A DNA stretch of 64,000 bases from a virus, in IMG/VR virus record IMGVR_UViG_3300047678_000094, positions 33,449 through 97,448 of that record, one strand, 5' to 3'. Made by a program: the position numbers and the translations under genes. The notes below the pieces were generated by a model. The model saw only the letters and a program-made list of their open reading frames with translations. It ran no database searches and was not told the origin of the DNA. Shown here piece by piece: positions 40,985-51,141 of the stretch (positions within the stretch are counted from its first letter, which is position 1; every line of letters starts with the position of its first letter).

Positions 40985-42462
40985 TGAGTGATGAAGTCTT
41001 CCTCAAGTATGTGGACAATGTCCATGTAAAAGTAGTAGCAAACCCCGGCATCGTTAAGGAGCTTGGGGATGAATTCACATTCTATGCGCCAAACTACAAA
41101 TTCCACCCAAAATACCGCTCGCGTATGTGGGACGGTCGTATTAGATTATGCAACAGTGTAACAGCATTATTGTACGCCGGTCTTGCACAACGTGTAAAGA
41201 AATTTTGCGAGTCAAGAAACTACGAGTTTAAGTTAGATGACAAGCTACTCTATGAAGACGTCTCTGAGCACGAGATCAAAGAGCACATCAAGAAGCTTAA
41301 GATTCCGAAACACTTTGATGAACGTGAGTATCAAATTGACTCAATCATCAAGTGTATTCGTACCGGCCGTAGAACCCTTCTTTCTCCTACGAGCTCAGGT
41401 AAGTCCCTGATCATCTACGTGATCGGCACTTGGTATGCAAAGCACAAGAAGTTGATTATTGTGCCGACGATCTCTCTTGTGAACCAGCTGGAAGGCGACT
41501 TTCGCGACTACGGATACAAAGGTAAGATCCACAAGTCAACTGATAAAGGGGGTCTATCAAAAGAGATGAATATCAAGGCTGACATGGTTATTACAACCTG
41601 GCAGTCTCTAAACAACGGTAAGACAAAGATGTCGAAAGGTTGGTATAACCAGTTCGGTGTGGTGTTCGGGGATGAGGCCCACGGCGCCAAGGCTACCTCG
41701 CTAATCCAGATTCTGTCAAGCATGACGAATTGCCGTTACCGCTTCGGAACAACTGGAACGCTTGATGGTGAACCTCTGAATGAAACAACAATCGAAGGTT
41801 TGTTTGGACCAAGATACCAATCGATTTCGACCCGCGAATTGATTGATCAAGGATTTGCCTCCAAGTTTCAAGTTAAATGCCTGGTGCTACGCTATTCAGA
41901 AGCTGACTGTAAATTAGTAAGGGGTATGAAATATCCAGATGAAGTGAAGTTTCTAATTAACCATTCAAAGAGAAATAAATTCATAAAGAACTTGACTTTG
42001 AGCCTGAAAGGGAATAAGCTTGTATTCTTCCGTCAACGTGACCACGGAGATATCATCTATCAACTAATTATGGATGGGAAGAAAAAGAAGAACGTCTTCT
42101 ACATCGATGGTACGATTAGTGGCGATATGCGCGAGCAAATTCGCCATGCAATCGAGGATGAAAAGGACGCTACGCTAATTGCATCGCTTGGTACAACATC
42201 AACGGGTACCAACATTAAACGCCTACACCACATGATTTCTGCCTGGCTCGGTAAAGGCAGAATTAAGGTGTTACAGTCAATTGGACGCATGTTACGTTTA
42301 CACGCCGAGAAAGAAGCAGAAGGAGCCATCCTTTATGACATCGTGGATGACCTAAGTATTAAGAACCACCAGAACTATGCTTTGAAGCATTTTACACAAC
42401 GATGCGCAATTTATGATTCTGAAGAGTTTGAGTACAAGATCTACAACATAGGATTAAAGTAA
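40984..42462 (+). CDS. uvsW: DNA helicase UvsW
   Basis: WDGRIRL, SPTSSGKS, DEAH, GTTGT, QSIGRMLR. Confidence 0.95.
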   Translation: MSDEVFLKYVDNVHVKVVANPGIVKELGDEFTFYAPNYKFHPKYRSRMWDGRIRLCNSVTALLYAGLAQRVKKFCESRNYEFKLDDKLLYEDVSEHEIKEHIKKLKIPKHFDEREYQIDSIIKCIRTGRRTLLSPTSSGKSLIIYVIGTWYAKHKKLIIVPTISLVNQLEGDFRDYGYKGKIHKSTDKGGLSKEMNIKADMVITTWQSLNNGKTKMSKGWYNQFGVVFGDEAHGAKATSLIQILSSMTNCRYRFGTTGTLDGEPLNETTIEGLFGPRYQSISTRELIDQGFASKFQVKCLVLRYSEADCKLVRGMKYPDEVKFLINHSKRNKFIKNLTLSLKGNKLVFFRQRDHGDIIYQLIMDGKKKKNVFYIDGTISGDMREQIRHAIEDEKDATLIASLGTTSTGTNIKRLHHMISAWLGKGRIKVLQSIGRMLRLHAEKEAEGAILYDIVDDLSIKNHQNYALKHFTQRCAIYDSEEFEYKIYNIGLK

Positions 42463-42864
42463 ATGAGTACAACAATCATACGCCTTATGAGTAGTGAGAC
42501 TATTATTGGTGATGTTGTTGGTAAAGACAAAGAGCGTGGAGCGCTGATGATACAGCACCCGGTTCTTTTAGAAACAGTGTACGCGAACGATTCACGATAT
42601 GTGTTGATGCGCGATATGCTAAAGGATAGCCGTGAAATTGTCATGCCGATAAACGCCATGAACATCATGTATAGCTATCAAGCAGCACCTGAGGTTGAAG
42701 CCTACTACAGAGGTTGTCTCCCAGCTTTTGAAAAAGCAAAGGTCGCTCACATAGAAATGTATAAAGAAATGTTAAAGGAGTTAGCAGCTGGCACAATTGA
42801 ACAAGGTATGTTCGAAGTAGCTGATAAAAAAATGCTACAACCCTCCTCCAACACAATGAATTAA
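42463..42864 (+). CDS. Hypothetical protein (uvsW-gp55 interval)
   Basis: IRLMSSETIIG N-terminus; coupled to uvsW. Confidence 0.6.
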   Translation: MSTTIIRLMSSETIIGDVVGKDKERGALMIQHPVLLETVYANDSRYVLMRDMLKDSREIVMPINAMNIMYSYQAAPEVEAYYRGCLPAFEKAKVAHIEMYKEMLKELAAGTIEQGMFEVADKKMLQPSSNTMN

Positions 42865-42876
42865 AGGTATCTAGTT

Positions 42877-43494
42877 ATGGCTAAACGCGAAAAAGTTCAC
42901 TATGTGGACAACAAGAGATTATATGAAGACATGGTTAAGTTCATTGCAGCTTATCGTATTGCTGTGAAAAAGGGAGCTGAGAAACCACGAATTCCAGAGT
43001 ACGTCGGTGCGTGCATATTGAAGATTGCACAACGCCTGTCTCTGCGTCCTAACTTCATAGGATATACATACCGTGATGAAATGGTGGGTGATGGCATTGA
43101 GAATGTCCTCACCTACATTCACAACTACGATCCAGAAAAATACAACAATCCATTTGCATACTTCACTCAGATCATCTACTTCGCCTTTCTCCGTCGCATG
43201 GATAAAGAGAAGAAGCAGTCATACATCAAGCACAAGATGCTCGAGCAGAGTTCTCTTATGAACCTGTTGGCTGATATGCCAGGTGGTGAGACTAATGAGG
43301 ACGGCCACTCGGTAACAGTAATGGTAAACGTCGATGGACGCCTAAACGATCTCGTCAACAAATTCGAGAAACGTGGCGTTAAGACGAAGAAGAAACGTGG
43401 TGTTGAGAAATTCGCGGATGACGCGGACCCACCCTTCTTAGATCCACATCCTGACGATGTGAAACCTGAAAACAAAAACGAGGAAACTGTATGA
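42877..43494 (+). CDS. gp55: Late sigma factor gp55
   Basis: HYVDNK, PNFIGYTYRDEMVGDGIE, NPFAYFTQI. Confidence 0.95.
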   Translation: MAKREKVHYVDNKRLYEDMVKFIAAYRIAVKKGAEKPRIPEYVGACILKIAQRLSLRPNFIGYTYRDEMVGDGIENVLTYIHNYDPEKYNNPFAYFTQIIYFAFLRRMDKEKKQSYIKHKMLEQSSLMNLLADMPGGETNEDGHSVTVMVNVDGRLNDLVNKFEKRGVKTKKKRGVEKFADDADPPFLDPHPDDVKPENKNEETV

Positions 43495-44549
43495 AAATAG
43501 CTATCGTTACTGACACACATTTTGGAGCTCGTGGGGACAGTGTTATTTTCGCCGATTTCTTTAATAAATTCTATGATGAAACTTTCTTCCCATACCTGAA
43601 GAAGCACAATATCTCAAGAGTGTTTCACCTTGGTGATGTTGTTGATAGACGTAAGTACATTGCTTATCTGACGGCCCGTAACTTGCGCAACTTTGTTGAG
43701 AAGTGTACGGAAATGAACCTTGAGCTTGATGTGATCGTCGGTAACCACGACACAACATTCAAGAACACAAACGAAGTCAACTCTATGCGTGAGTTGTTCT
43801 CCAACAGCAATCTGAAGATTCGTTACTATGACTCACCTGAAGAGATTGAGGTAGATGGCACGAAGATCGCTATGTTACCCTGGGTTTGTTCAGGTAACTA
43901 TCAAGAGTCTATGGAGTTCGTTAATAAGACGAAAGCCCAGATCCTATTTGGTCACCTTGAGATCGCCGGGTTCGAAATGTACCGTGGATCATATGCGGAC
44001 GGTGGCTTTGACATGAATATCTTCGATAGATTTGAGATCGTATGTTCAGGACACTTCCACCACAAGTCAACTCGCGGTAACATCAACTACCTTGGTGCAC
44101 CGTATGAAATGACGTGGTCCGACTTTGACGATGATCGCGGCTTCCATATATTTGATACAGATACCCGTGAGCTCACATTTATCAAAAACCCACACAATAT
44201 TTTCGAGAAGATTTATTACCGAGATGAAGATTGGGACCTGAAGAACGTCACGGATTTTGATGCGGAAAGTCTTCGCGGAAAGTATGTGAAGTTGATTATT
44301 GAAAATAAGACAAATCCTTACCTGTTCGGATTGCTGATTGAGAAGATTGAGAAGGCAGGCCCGGCAAATCTACAGGTGCTTGAGGATTACTTTAGTATTA
44401 ATCCAGAGGATGAAGAGTCTATCAACGAAACCGAGGACACCATTACCATCTTAAAGAAAGTGGTGGAGCAATTAGATGTTCAGGTAGACAAGAAACAGCT
44501 TGACAACTTCCTTGGGAAGTTGTATACTGAAGCGATGGCGATCGAGTAA
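43491..44549 (+). CDS. gp47: Recombination nuclease gp47 (Mre11/SbcD-like)
   Basis: TDTHFG, GDVVD, GNHD, GHLE, SGHFH. Confidence 0.95.
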   Translation: MKIAIVTDTHFGARGDSVIFADFFNKFYDETFFPYLKKHNISRVFHLGDVVDRRKYIAYLTARNLRNFVEKCTEMNLELDVIVGNHDTTFKNTNEVNSMRELFSNSNLKIRYYDSPEEIEVDGTKIAMLPWVCSGNYQESMEFVNKTKAQILFGHLEIAGFEMYRGSYADGGFDMNIFDRFEIVCSGHFHHKSTRGNINYLGAPYEMTWSDFDDDRGFHIFDTDTRELTFIKNPHNIFEKIYYRDEDWDLKNVTDFDAESLRGKYVKLIIENKTNPYLFGLLIEKIEKAGPANLQVLEDYFSINPEDEESINETEDTITILKKVVEQLDVQVDKKQLDNFLGKLYTEAMAIE

Positions 44550-44560
44550 GGATTTATTTT

Positions 44561-46288
44561 ATGCATATCCTCTTTAAGAGCATAAAATGGCAGAATTTCA
44601 TGTCAACGGGTAACCAGATGACAGAAATTAAACTCGACAAGTCGAAATCCACACTTGTTGTGGGAGACAATGGCGCTGGAAAATCTACCATGCTTGATGC
44701 CCTTAGTTTTGCTCTGTATGGTAAAGCCTTCCGTGACATTAACAAACCTCAGCTGATCAATTCTATCACTGGCAAAAACTGCCTGGTTGAGTGTGAGTTC
44801 AAGATCGGCGGTAAAGAGTATCTCGTGCGTAGAGGTATGAAGCCTTACTTCTTTGAGATCATCCAGAACGGTAAACTGATCAACCAAGACTCAAGAGTTA
44901 CTGAGTATCAGGAAATGCTCGAGAAGCACATCTTGAAACTTACCCACAAGTCATTCGGCCAAATTGTTGTTCTTGGTTCTGCCAATTTCGTTCCGTTCAT
45001 GCAGCTTGCTCCTTACGTTAGACGTGAGGTGATCGAAGACCTTCTTGATATTCAGATCTTCTCAACGATGAACACTCTCCTTAAGGAGAAGGTGAACGAA
45101 AACAAAGCTTCTATAATGGAAGTAGAGCAGCGTATCCTGCTGATAGAAAACAAAATCGATCTTCAGAAGAAACACATCCAGTCTATCAAGGACAACAACG
45201 ACTCGTTGATAGAGAACAAACGTGAAGTGATACAAGAAACAATGGATAAGATCACCGAGGCTAATCTCGAGATCTCAAGATTGAAAGAGGATCTGACTTA
45301 CAATATGGATGCGATTACTGATGAGCGTAAGATTACCGCGAAGCTCAGTAAATCTTTAAGTCTTGAGAAACAGTTGTCAGAGAAAGTGAAAGCCACGAAG
45401 CGTGAAATTAAATTCTATCACGATAATGATGATTGTCCTACGTGCAAGCAAGCTCTTGAAGCTTCGTTTAAGGCGAATAAGATCTCCAAGAAAACTGCTT
45501 CGCTAGACAAGTATATTAATGGCATCGCTCAACTCGAGGCGGAAATTGCCGCTACTGAAGAACGCCTCGACGACATCAAAGCGATCCAGAAAATCATCGA
45601 TAACATTAACCGTAACATCGACAGTCTGAACAACCAGATCTTCAGCTGGAATGAGAACATTACTCTTTTAAACAATGAAATTGAGACGATCCGAAACAAC
45701 ACCAAAATCATCGACGGTACCAAGTCCGATGTGAAGAAATTAAAGGATGATCTTAAAATCGAATCCAAATTAAGGCGTGAACTATTTGAAGAAAGGACAC
45801 TGATTAACATCTCCAGCTTCCTTCTCAAGGACAACGGGGTTAAAACCAAGATAATTCGTCAATATGTGCCTGTGATGAATAAACTCATCAATAAGTACCT
45901 GAGTGCACTAGACTTTTTTGTTCAATTTGAGCTCAATGAGAAATTTGAAGAAAGCATCAAATCCCGCTACCGTGATGAGTTCAAATACAACTCATTTTCA
46001 GAAGGGGAAAAAACCAGGATAGATTTGGCTTTGTTGTTTACGTGGCGTACGATAGCTAAAATGCGTAATTCCGCCTCAACCAACCTTCTTATTATGGATG
46101 AAATCTTTGATAGTTCTCTTGATTCGAATGCGACTGAGGAACTTCTTAAGATCCTTGAAAATTTCGCATCAGATGTAAACGTTTTCATCATCAGTCATAA
46201 AACCGATGCACTTTACGATAAATTTCGTTCAGTAATTAAATTCGTAAAAGACAAGAATTTCAGTAAAATGGTCGCCGAGAAGGTATAA
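44561..46288 (+). CDS. gp46: Recombination ATPase gp46 (Rad50/SbcC-like)
   Basis: GDNGAGKST, CPTC zinc hook, FSEGEK, MDEIFD, ISH. Confidence 0.95.
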   Translation: MHILFKSIKWQNFMSTGNQMTEIKLDKSKSTLVVGDNGAGKSTMLDALSFALYGKAFRDINKPQLINSITGKNCLVECEFKIGGKEYLVRRGMKPYFFEIIQNGKLINQDSRVTEYQEMLEKHILKLTHKSFGQIVVLGSANFVPFMQLAPYVRREVIEDLLDIQIFSTMNTLLKEKVNENKASIMEVEQRILLIENKIDLQKKHIQSIKDNNDSLIENKREVIQETMDKITEANLEISRLKEDLTYNMDAITDERKITAKLSKSLSLEKQLSEKVKATKREIKFYHDNDDCPTCKQALEASFKANKISKKTASLDKYINGIAQLEAEIAATEERLDDIKAIQKIIDNINRNIDSLNNQIFSWNENITLLNNEIETIRNNTKIIDGTKSDVKKLKDDLKIESKLRRELFEERTLINISSFLLKDNGVKTKIIRQYVPVMNKLINKYLSALDFFVQFELNEKFEESIKSRYRDEFKYNSFSEGEKTRIDLALLFTWRTIAKMRNSASTNLLIMDEIFDSSLDSNATEELLKILENFASDVNVFIISHKTDALYDKFRSVIKFVKDKNFSKMVAEKV

Positions 46289-46300
46289 GGAGTTACGCGC

Positions 46301-46618
46301 TTGAGATACCGTATTGTTGAAAGCCCATTGGGAAACTGTAGAATACAGGTTGGTGGGAAACTCCCATTCACATGGGTATTCCTTAAACGACCAGAAGGAG
46401 ATAATCGTTGGCTAGTATGGACTGGTACTTACGCAGAAGCGTTCGAAAGATGTCAGAAGCTGGAGATGGAAGCGAAGAATTCCAAAATGAAATACTACTA
46501 CCCACCCCTAACACCACCACTCCCGAAAGCACCAATTCGAACAGATCTTCCGAAGACAGAACCGCTTCCCCCATACCACCCAGGCCTAGGAGCGATACTA
46601 CTCAATGAACGACTATAG
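46301..46618 (+). CDS. Hypothetical protein
   Basis: TTG start after aaggag; Pro-rich tail. Confidence 0.5.
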   Translation: MRYRIVESPLGNCRIQVGGKLPFTWVFLKRPEGDNRWLVWTGTYAEAFERCQKLEMEAKNSKMKYYYPPLTPPLPKAPIRTDLPKTEPLPPYHPGLGAILLNERL

Positions 46619-46847
46619 TCAAAGTTACAAAGTTTTGGCGGACAGCCTTGGTGTTCCTCTAATCCCGAAACGAAAAGCTCCAAACCGTATTGATACAAAT
46701 GGACCGGTTGCTGTTTGTGGAGAATGTGGTGTGACTGTTTACCGTGTTATGGCTTATAGCTGTCCACATCAAAATTGCCCATGTGGTCTTGGTTCAGCCG
46801 GATCACTTTGTCTAAATAATAATGAATTGAGTGGGAGCTTGAAATAA
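46605..46847 (+). CDS. Small Cys-rich protein
   Basis: CGEC...CPHQNCPC. Confidence 0.5.
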   Translation: MNDYSQSYKVLADSLGVPLIPKRKAPNRIDTNGPVAVCGECGVTVYRVMAYSCPHQNCPCGLGSAGSLCLNNNELSGSLK

Positions 46848-47431
46848 TGGAAACGCAACAACCCTTACCAGAATTTAAGATTGAGGGGTCGGCGATGTTC
46901 ATCCCGACGGCTTTACCGTTGGTGTCTGAAAACGATCCAATTCTTAAACAGAAAACAGAACGATTTGACTTTGACAATCCACCGATGAACCCGGTCCAAT
47001 TGTATCAAAACTTAGGCCGAACTCTGATGGCGCATGACGCGCTTGGACTCGCTGCACCCCAAGTTGGACTGCCGTATCGGTTCTTTGTGCTTAGAACAGA
47101 AAATATTCTTGGAGTTTTCAACCCGATTTTGGTTGATAAATCTGAGGAAGAGGTTACAATGGAGGAAGGTTGTCTCTCATTCGTCAATCTATTCATTAAG
47201 ATCAAACGTCCACAGCGCATTCGCGCTCGTTTTACGACGCCGGATGGTCAGACGCAAACAGCAGTGTTTGATGGAATGACCGCGAGGGCGTTTCTACACG
47301 AGTATGATCACCTTGAAGGTAAGGTATTCACAACGGTCGCGAACCGTTTCCACCTTGATGCGGGTAGGAAGAAACGTCACCTAATAAAGTCCGGTAGATA
47401 TACCGTGAGTCATGTCATTAAGGAGGCCTAA
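46847..47431 (+). CDS. def: Peptide deformylase
   Basis: GLAAPQVG, EGCLS, HEYDHLEG. Confidence 0.92.
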   Translation: METQQPLPEFKIEGSAMFIPTALPLVSENDPILKQKTERFDFDNPPMNPVQLYQNLGRTLMAHDALGLAAPQVGLPYRFFVLRTENILGVFNPILVDKSEEEVTMEEGCLSFVNLFIKIKRPQRIRARFTTPDGQTQTAVFDGMTARAFLHEYDHLEGKVFTTVANRFHLDAGRKKRHLIKSGRYTVSHVIKEA

Positions 47432-48799
47432 GTGGTCAAGATTATTGTTGCAAAAACTAAGCACGACTGCGAACATCTTCTCGGGCAGTATCTTGATGAG
47501 TCGCACTTTGATACGCTTGTCACAGAAGATGTAGATTGCTATATGCCACCAGACTGCGACATCGCGACGCAAGCTCAATGTGGTGGAGATTGCGAAGTAT
47601 GTCCATCAGGAACAGATGAACGCCGCATCGCATTCAAATTCCGTAAGAATTACTTTTCGAAGAAACTGAGAGATCCTGCATATGAAGGGCTCAAGGAAGC
47701 TGCTACCGAGTCTCAAAATCGTGGACTGGCAGCTGGCCCACGCGGTGCTAGCCTTAGTGTCGATGGGCGTGGTGGTCGTGACTGGGTTACTGATTATGAG
47801 CTAGAAGTTCTTGACTTCTTCCTTAACGACACAAGTCGCCTGTGGGATGGACCCACCATTCCTGAGATCCGCGCCAAATACAAGAACAAAGCCAAGTCTG
47901 ATGAGACACGCGGTACTGTGTGGCTTCGTTCACAAGTAACCAAAGAATATCCCGAATACCACAATTGGTTTGATACTTGGGTTGATAAAATCAAGGAGCT
48001 TCCTCGTGATGAGCAAAAAGCCGCTGCTAAAATTGTCGCTGAAAAGTGGATTAGTTATACTAACTACGCTAAGTCTGTCTACTCTGGAGTCGCTGGTTGG
48101 TATGATAGGTATCCGCGTATCCCGTTTGGAAGAGCTACGTCTTACACTCGGGATAACCCTGAAAAATTCGCTCTCGCCTACCCATTCCTCCAAGCCCTAA
48201 ATAAAGGGTACAAGGATTTGATGCCGTGGCGTTGGGGAAACCAGAAGGCTGCGGCTGATAAATTGGATCAGAGATATCTGGTTCCAAAAACTGTCTTCAC
48301 CACAATCACAGTGAACAAGTCTTTCCGTACAGCAGCCCACCGTGACGCTGGTGACTTCCAAGAAGGTATCTCCAATCTTCTAACGCTCGGTGATGGTGAG
48401 TATACAGGTGGATACCTGATCTTCCCAGAGTACCGTATCGCCGTAGACGTTCGCCCCGGCGACCTGCTACTGGTAAACAACCACGAGATCATCCACGGTA
48501 ACACCGAGATTAAATTGAATCATCCAGATGCTGAACGCATCTCAATCGTGTGCTATTTTCGTGAAAAGATGCTTGAGCTTGGAAGTTTTGAATATGAGAA
48601 AACCCGTGAACAATATGTCGAAGATAGAAGAAAAAACAAAGACCACCCCGCTCAAAGACCTCTCTGGAACGGTATTACACCCGGAATGTGGGATGAACGA
48701 GAGTGGTATGACTATCTTGGGAGTAGATTGGGGGACGACGCCGTCCGTAAGTATCACCCGGATGCGTTTGCTTCCTCCCTTGATGCGTTTTTCGCGTAA
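47432..48799 (+). CDS. TET/JBP-family 2OG-Fe(II) dioxygenase (nucleobase oxidation)
   Basis: FTTITVN..FRTAAHRDAGD (HxD), GGYLIFPEY, PGDLLL, IHGNT (distal His), RISIVCYFRE. Confidence 0.8.
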   Translation: MVKIIVAKTKHDCEHLLGQYLDESHFDTLVTEDVDCYMPPDCDIATQAQCGGDCEVCPSGTDERRIAFKFRKNYFSKKLRDPAYEGLKEAATESQNRGLAAGPRGASLSVDGRGGRDWVTDYELEVLDFFLNDTSRLWDGPTIPEIRAKYKNKAKSDETRGTVWLRSQVTKEYPEYHNWFDTWVDKIKELPRDEQKAAAKIVAEKWISYTNYAKSVYSGVAGWYDRYPRIPFGRATSYTRDNPEKFALAYPFLQALNKGYKDLMPWRWGNQKAAADKLDQRYLVPKTVFTTITVNKSFRTAAHRDAGDFQEGISNLLTLGDGEYTGGYLIFPEYRIAVDVRPGDLLLVNNHEIIHGNTEIKLNHPDAERISIVCYFREKMLELGSFEYEKTREQYVEDRRKNKDHPAQRPLWNGITPGMWDEREWYDYLGSRLGDDAVRKYHPDAFASSLDAFFA

Positions 48800-48816
48800 C
48801 ATCAGGATGCCTAAAT

Positions 48817-48912
48817 ATGTCTAGTTATTTCCGTCGCTGGGTAATAGTTGCAATCTGTGCTGCTATTGTAGTTGCGATGGTATATTACTCGGCTGGAGAA
48901 GGTGTTTACTGA
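48817..48912 (+). CDS. Small membrane peptide
   Basis: MSSYFRRWVIVAICAAIVVAMVYYSAGEGVY. Confidence 0.35.
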   Translation: MSSYFRRWVIVAICAAIVVAMVYYSAGEGVY

Positions 48913-49169
48913 TGCGAGAACTACAAGAAAAGAAACTTTTGGCTAGAGTTAAATCTGCGATCAAAGGCCGTGTTGATGCCGCCAAATCGTTTGGAAAGAA
49001 CTTTTCTCACTACGCAAAAAATCCACACATCCCGGTTCCAGGTACTAGTCCTGAAGAAAAAGATGCTAGACGTCGCTATAATGATTACATGAAAACAAGA
49101 CAGCGTCGTCCGGGTGATTTGGATGAAGGAGTCTTCAGCCAACGTAAACCAGACAAACCAAAATTGTAA
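48912..49169 (+). CDS. Small basic hypothetical protein
   Basis: 85 aa, Lys/Arg-rich. Confidence 0.5.
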   Translation: MRELQEKKLLARVKSAIKGRVDAAKSFGKNFSHYAKNPHIPVPGTSPEEKDARRRYNDYMKTRQRRPGDLDEGVFSQRKPDKPKL

Positions 49170-49256
49170 GAGGAAAAATGACAAACCTATTAGAAAGAGT
49201 CCGTGCACTTCATAAAATGGCAAGAGAAACAGCTGTACACCATGGCATAGTGAGAG

Positions 49257-49285
49257 TTGACTAAAACCTTTTTATGTTTTATGAT
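49257..49285 (+). promoter_or_regulatory. Sigma70-like promoter
   Basis: TTGACT-N17-TATGAT just upstream of the glycosyltransferase. Confidence 0.55.
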
Positions 49286-49296
49286 GGAGAATTTGT

Positions 49297-50643
49297 TTGA
49301 AAATTATGGTAGCTATGCACGACTTCAACAATTTTGGAGGCATCATCAATCACAACGAACAGTTAATTGCGGGTCTTAAGGATCTCGGTCACACCGTTAC
49401 GTTCGCTTATATCAAAACCACAACCAAGCCATCCTATTCTGTAGACACCTCAAAGGTTCCAGATGGATATGAGATTGGCGCTGGAACAGGCCTGCCTGTC
49501 CATCAAGGTAACGGATACATTTCTCCATACTACAGCATGAAGAATTCTGAGTCCGTCGCGAAATTCGTGAAGGATGCGAATGAACATGACATCCTTATCT
49601 GGCAGTCGATCTTCGGCTTCAAATCTCAAGCCACCGAGAAGGACAAAACATGGCTACCTATGATCGAAGGGGTATCCGCCAAACAGATAGCGGTTATACA
49701 CGACGGGAACCTAAAAAAGCTGTACAGCTGGATTTACCGTTTTGCGAATCACCTGGCAGGCCTAGCGTGTGTCCATCCGGCTGCTATGAAGCAAGCGGAT
49801 TTCATGCCTGTGCCTCGGAACATGATTCTGAACCCACAGGATGTCTCCGAGGTAGAAGTTGTCCCGTTCACCAAACGGAAAAACCAACTCCTAGCCCCAC
49901 AAACATTCAAACGCTGGAAGCGTGTAGACGACCTGGTTGCGGCGGTGCCATATATAGATGGTTCTGTTCTAATTGCCGGGGACGGTATGGAGCGAGCATA
50001 TATGGCTTCAGAAGAAAAATGCAAGCCTGAATACTACTGCACCAAAGAGCTTGACCCTGATGCTACAGAAGATCGCCTTGGTAAACGCATCTGGCAGAAC
50101 GCTCTTGATTCTGGAAAAATGGAATATCTAGGATTTATCACAGGTGCGTCCCGTGACAAAATACTAAATAACTCTAAGTTCCTCCTTGATCCCAGCTGGT
50201 CGCTGACGTACGGAGAACACTTTAACCGCTCTATCGTAGATGCTATGCGCGTAGGATGCGTGCCGATCGCTCGTAACTATGGTATTAGCGACAACGTTGA
50301 TGGAAACGGAACGCTCTTCAAGCCGGGTGTTAATTACCTGATGATTCCCCACGATGTTAAGCCGAAAGAGTTCGGTCGTCTCGTAAATGAGTGCTTCTTA
50401 ATTAGTCCCAGCGCATATGCCTACATGGTCGCTCAGAACAAGGAAGTGATCAAAAATTTCGACCGCGAAAAGATTGCGCAACAATTTGTCAATCTTGCTA
50501 TGGGCAAGAAAGGCAGTGGATATTATGAGAAGGCCGAAACTGGTCGTCTGAATATCGACAACAACGTGACCCAAAAAACGGGTGACAAAATCTGGGACGA
50601 ACACTTTGAAGTCCCTTCTTCTCTTGATAGCTTTTTTTCATAG
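49297..50643 (+). CDS. GT-B fold glycosyltransferase, putatively DNA-modifying
   Basis: FGGIINH, IHD, FKRWKRVDDLV, GEHFNRSIVDAMRVGCVPI. Confidence 0.75.
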   Translation: MKIMVAMHDFNNFGGIINHNEQLIAGLKDLGHTVTFAYIKTTTKPSYSVDTSKVPDGYEIGAGTGLPVHQGNGYISPYYSMKNSESVAKFVKDANEHDILIWQSIFGFKSQATEKDKTWLPMIEGVSAKQIAVIHDGNLKKLYSWIYRFANHLAGLACVHPAAMKQADFMPVPRNMILNPQDVSEVEVVPFTKRKNQLLAPQTFKRWKRVDDLVAAVPYIDGSVLIAGDGMERAYMASEEKCKPEYYCTKELDPDATEDRLGKRIWQNALDSGKMEYLGFITGASRDKILNNSKFLLDPSWSLTYGEHFNRSIVDAMRVGCVPIARNYGISDNVDGNGTLFKPGVNYLMIPHDVKPKEFGRLVNECFLISPSAYAYMVAQNKEVIKNFDREKIAQQFVNLAMGKKGSGYYEKAETGRLNIDNNVTQKTGDKIWDEHFEVPSSLDSFFS

Positions 50644-50646
50644 GAA

Positions 50647-51087
50647 ATGATTATGGGTAACATTACTACAAGCATTACAGACGAACAAAGGGTCTTGGCT
50701 GAAAAAAACGCCAAAGAAAATGGTGGTGGATTACGCTACAATATCGGAAAGCTGAAATACAACCTTATCCCACCAGAGTGGGAACAAGGACTTGCTCACC
50801 TTCTTACAGTTGGTTCTTGGAAATACTCCGATCGCAACTGGGAGAATGGACTTGCTTGGGACGACACGATCGCCGCTCTTAAACGTCACCTGAATAAGTG
50901 GTTGAGTGGTGAAAACTATGATCCTGAAACTGGATCACATCATCTGATATCAACCGCCTGGAATGCGCTCGTTCTCTTTTCAATGCAAATCCGCGGCAAA
51001 GGTAAGGATAATGTTCCTCGCCCAAAATATGTCATGGAAGTTTTCGTTAAGGGAACACTTAAAGACCCGACAAAACCAAATACGTAA
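50647..51087 (+). CDS. dATP/dGTP diphosphohydrolase-like protein (DUF5664)
   Basis: RYNIGKLKYNLIP, GSWKYSDRNW, RHL, DPETGSHHL...WN. Confidence 0.8.
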   Translation: MIMGNITTSITDEQRVLAEKNAKENGGGLRYNIGKLKYNLIPPEWEQGLAHLLTVGSWKYSDRNWENGLAWDDTIAALKRHLNKWLSGENYDPETGSHHLISTAWNALVLFSMQIRGKGKDNVPRPKYVMEVFVKGTLKDPTKPNT

Positions 51088-51092
51088 ATTGC

Positions 51093-51121
51093 TTGCCTTT
51101 CGGGGCGACCTAAGCTATAAT
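51093..51121 (+). promoter_or_regulatory. Sigma70-like promoter
   Basis: TTGCCT-N17-TATAAT. Confidence 0.6.
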
Positions 51122-51141
51122 TGACAAACATAAGGAATAAC

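Noticed and set aside
50647-51087. Diphosphohydrolase as evidence of a Z (2-aminoadenine) or 7-deazaguanine genome
   Set aside because: No purZ or que/dpdA genes in the window; the family is widespread
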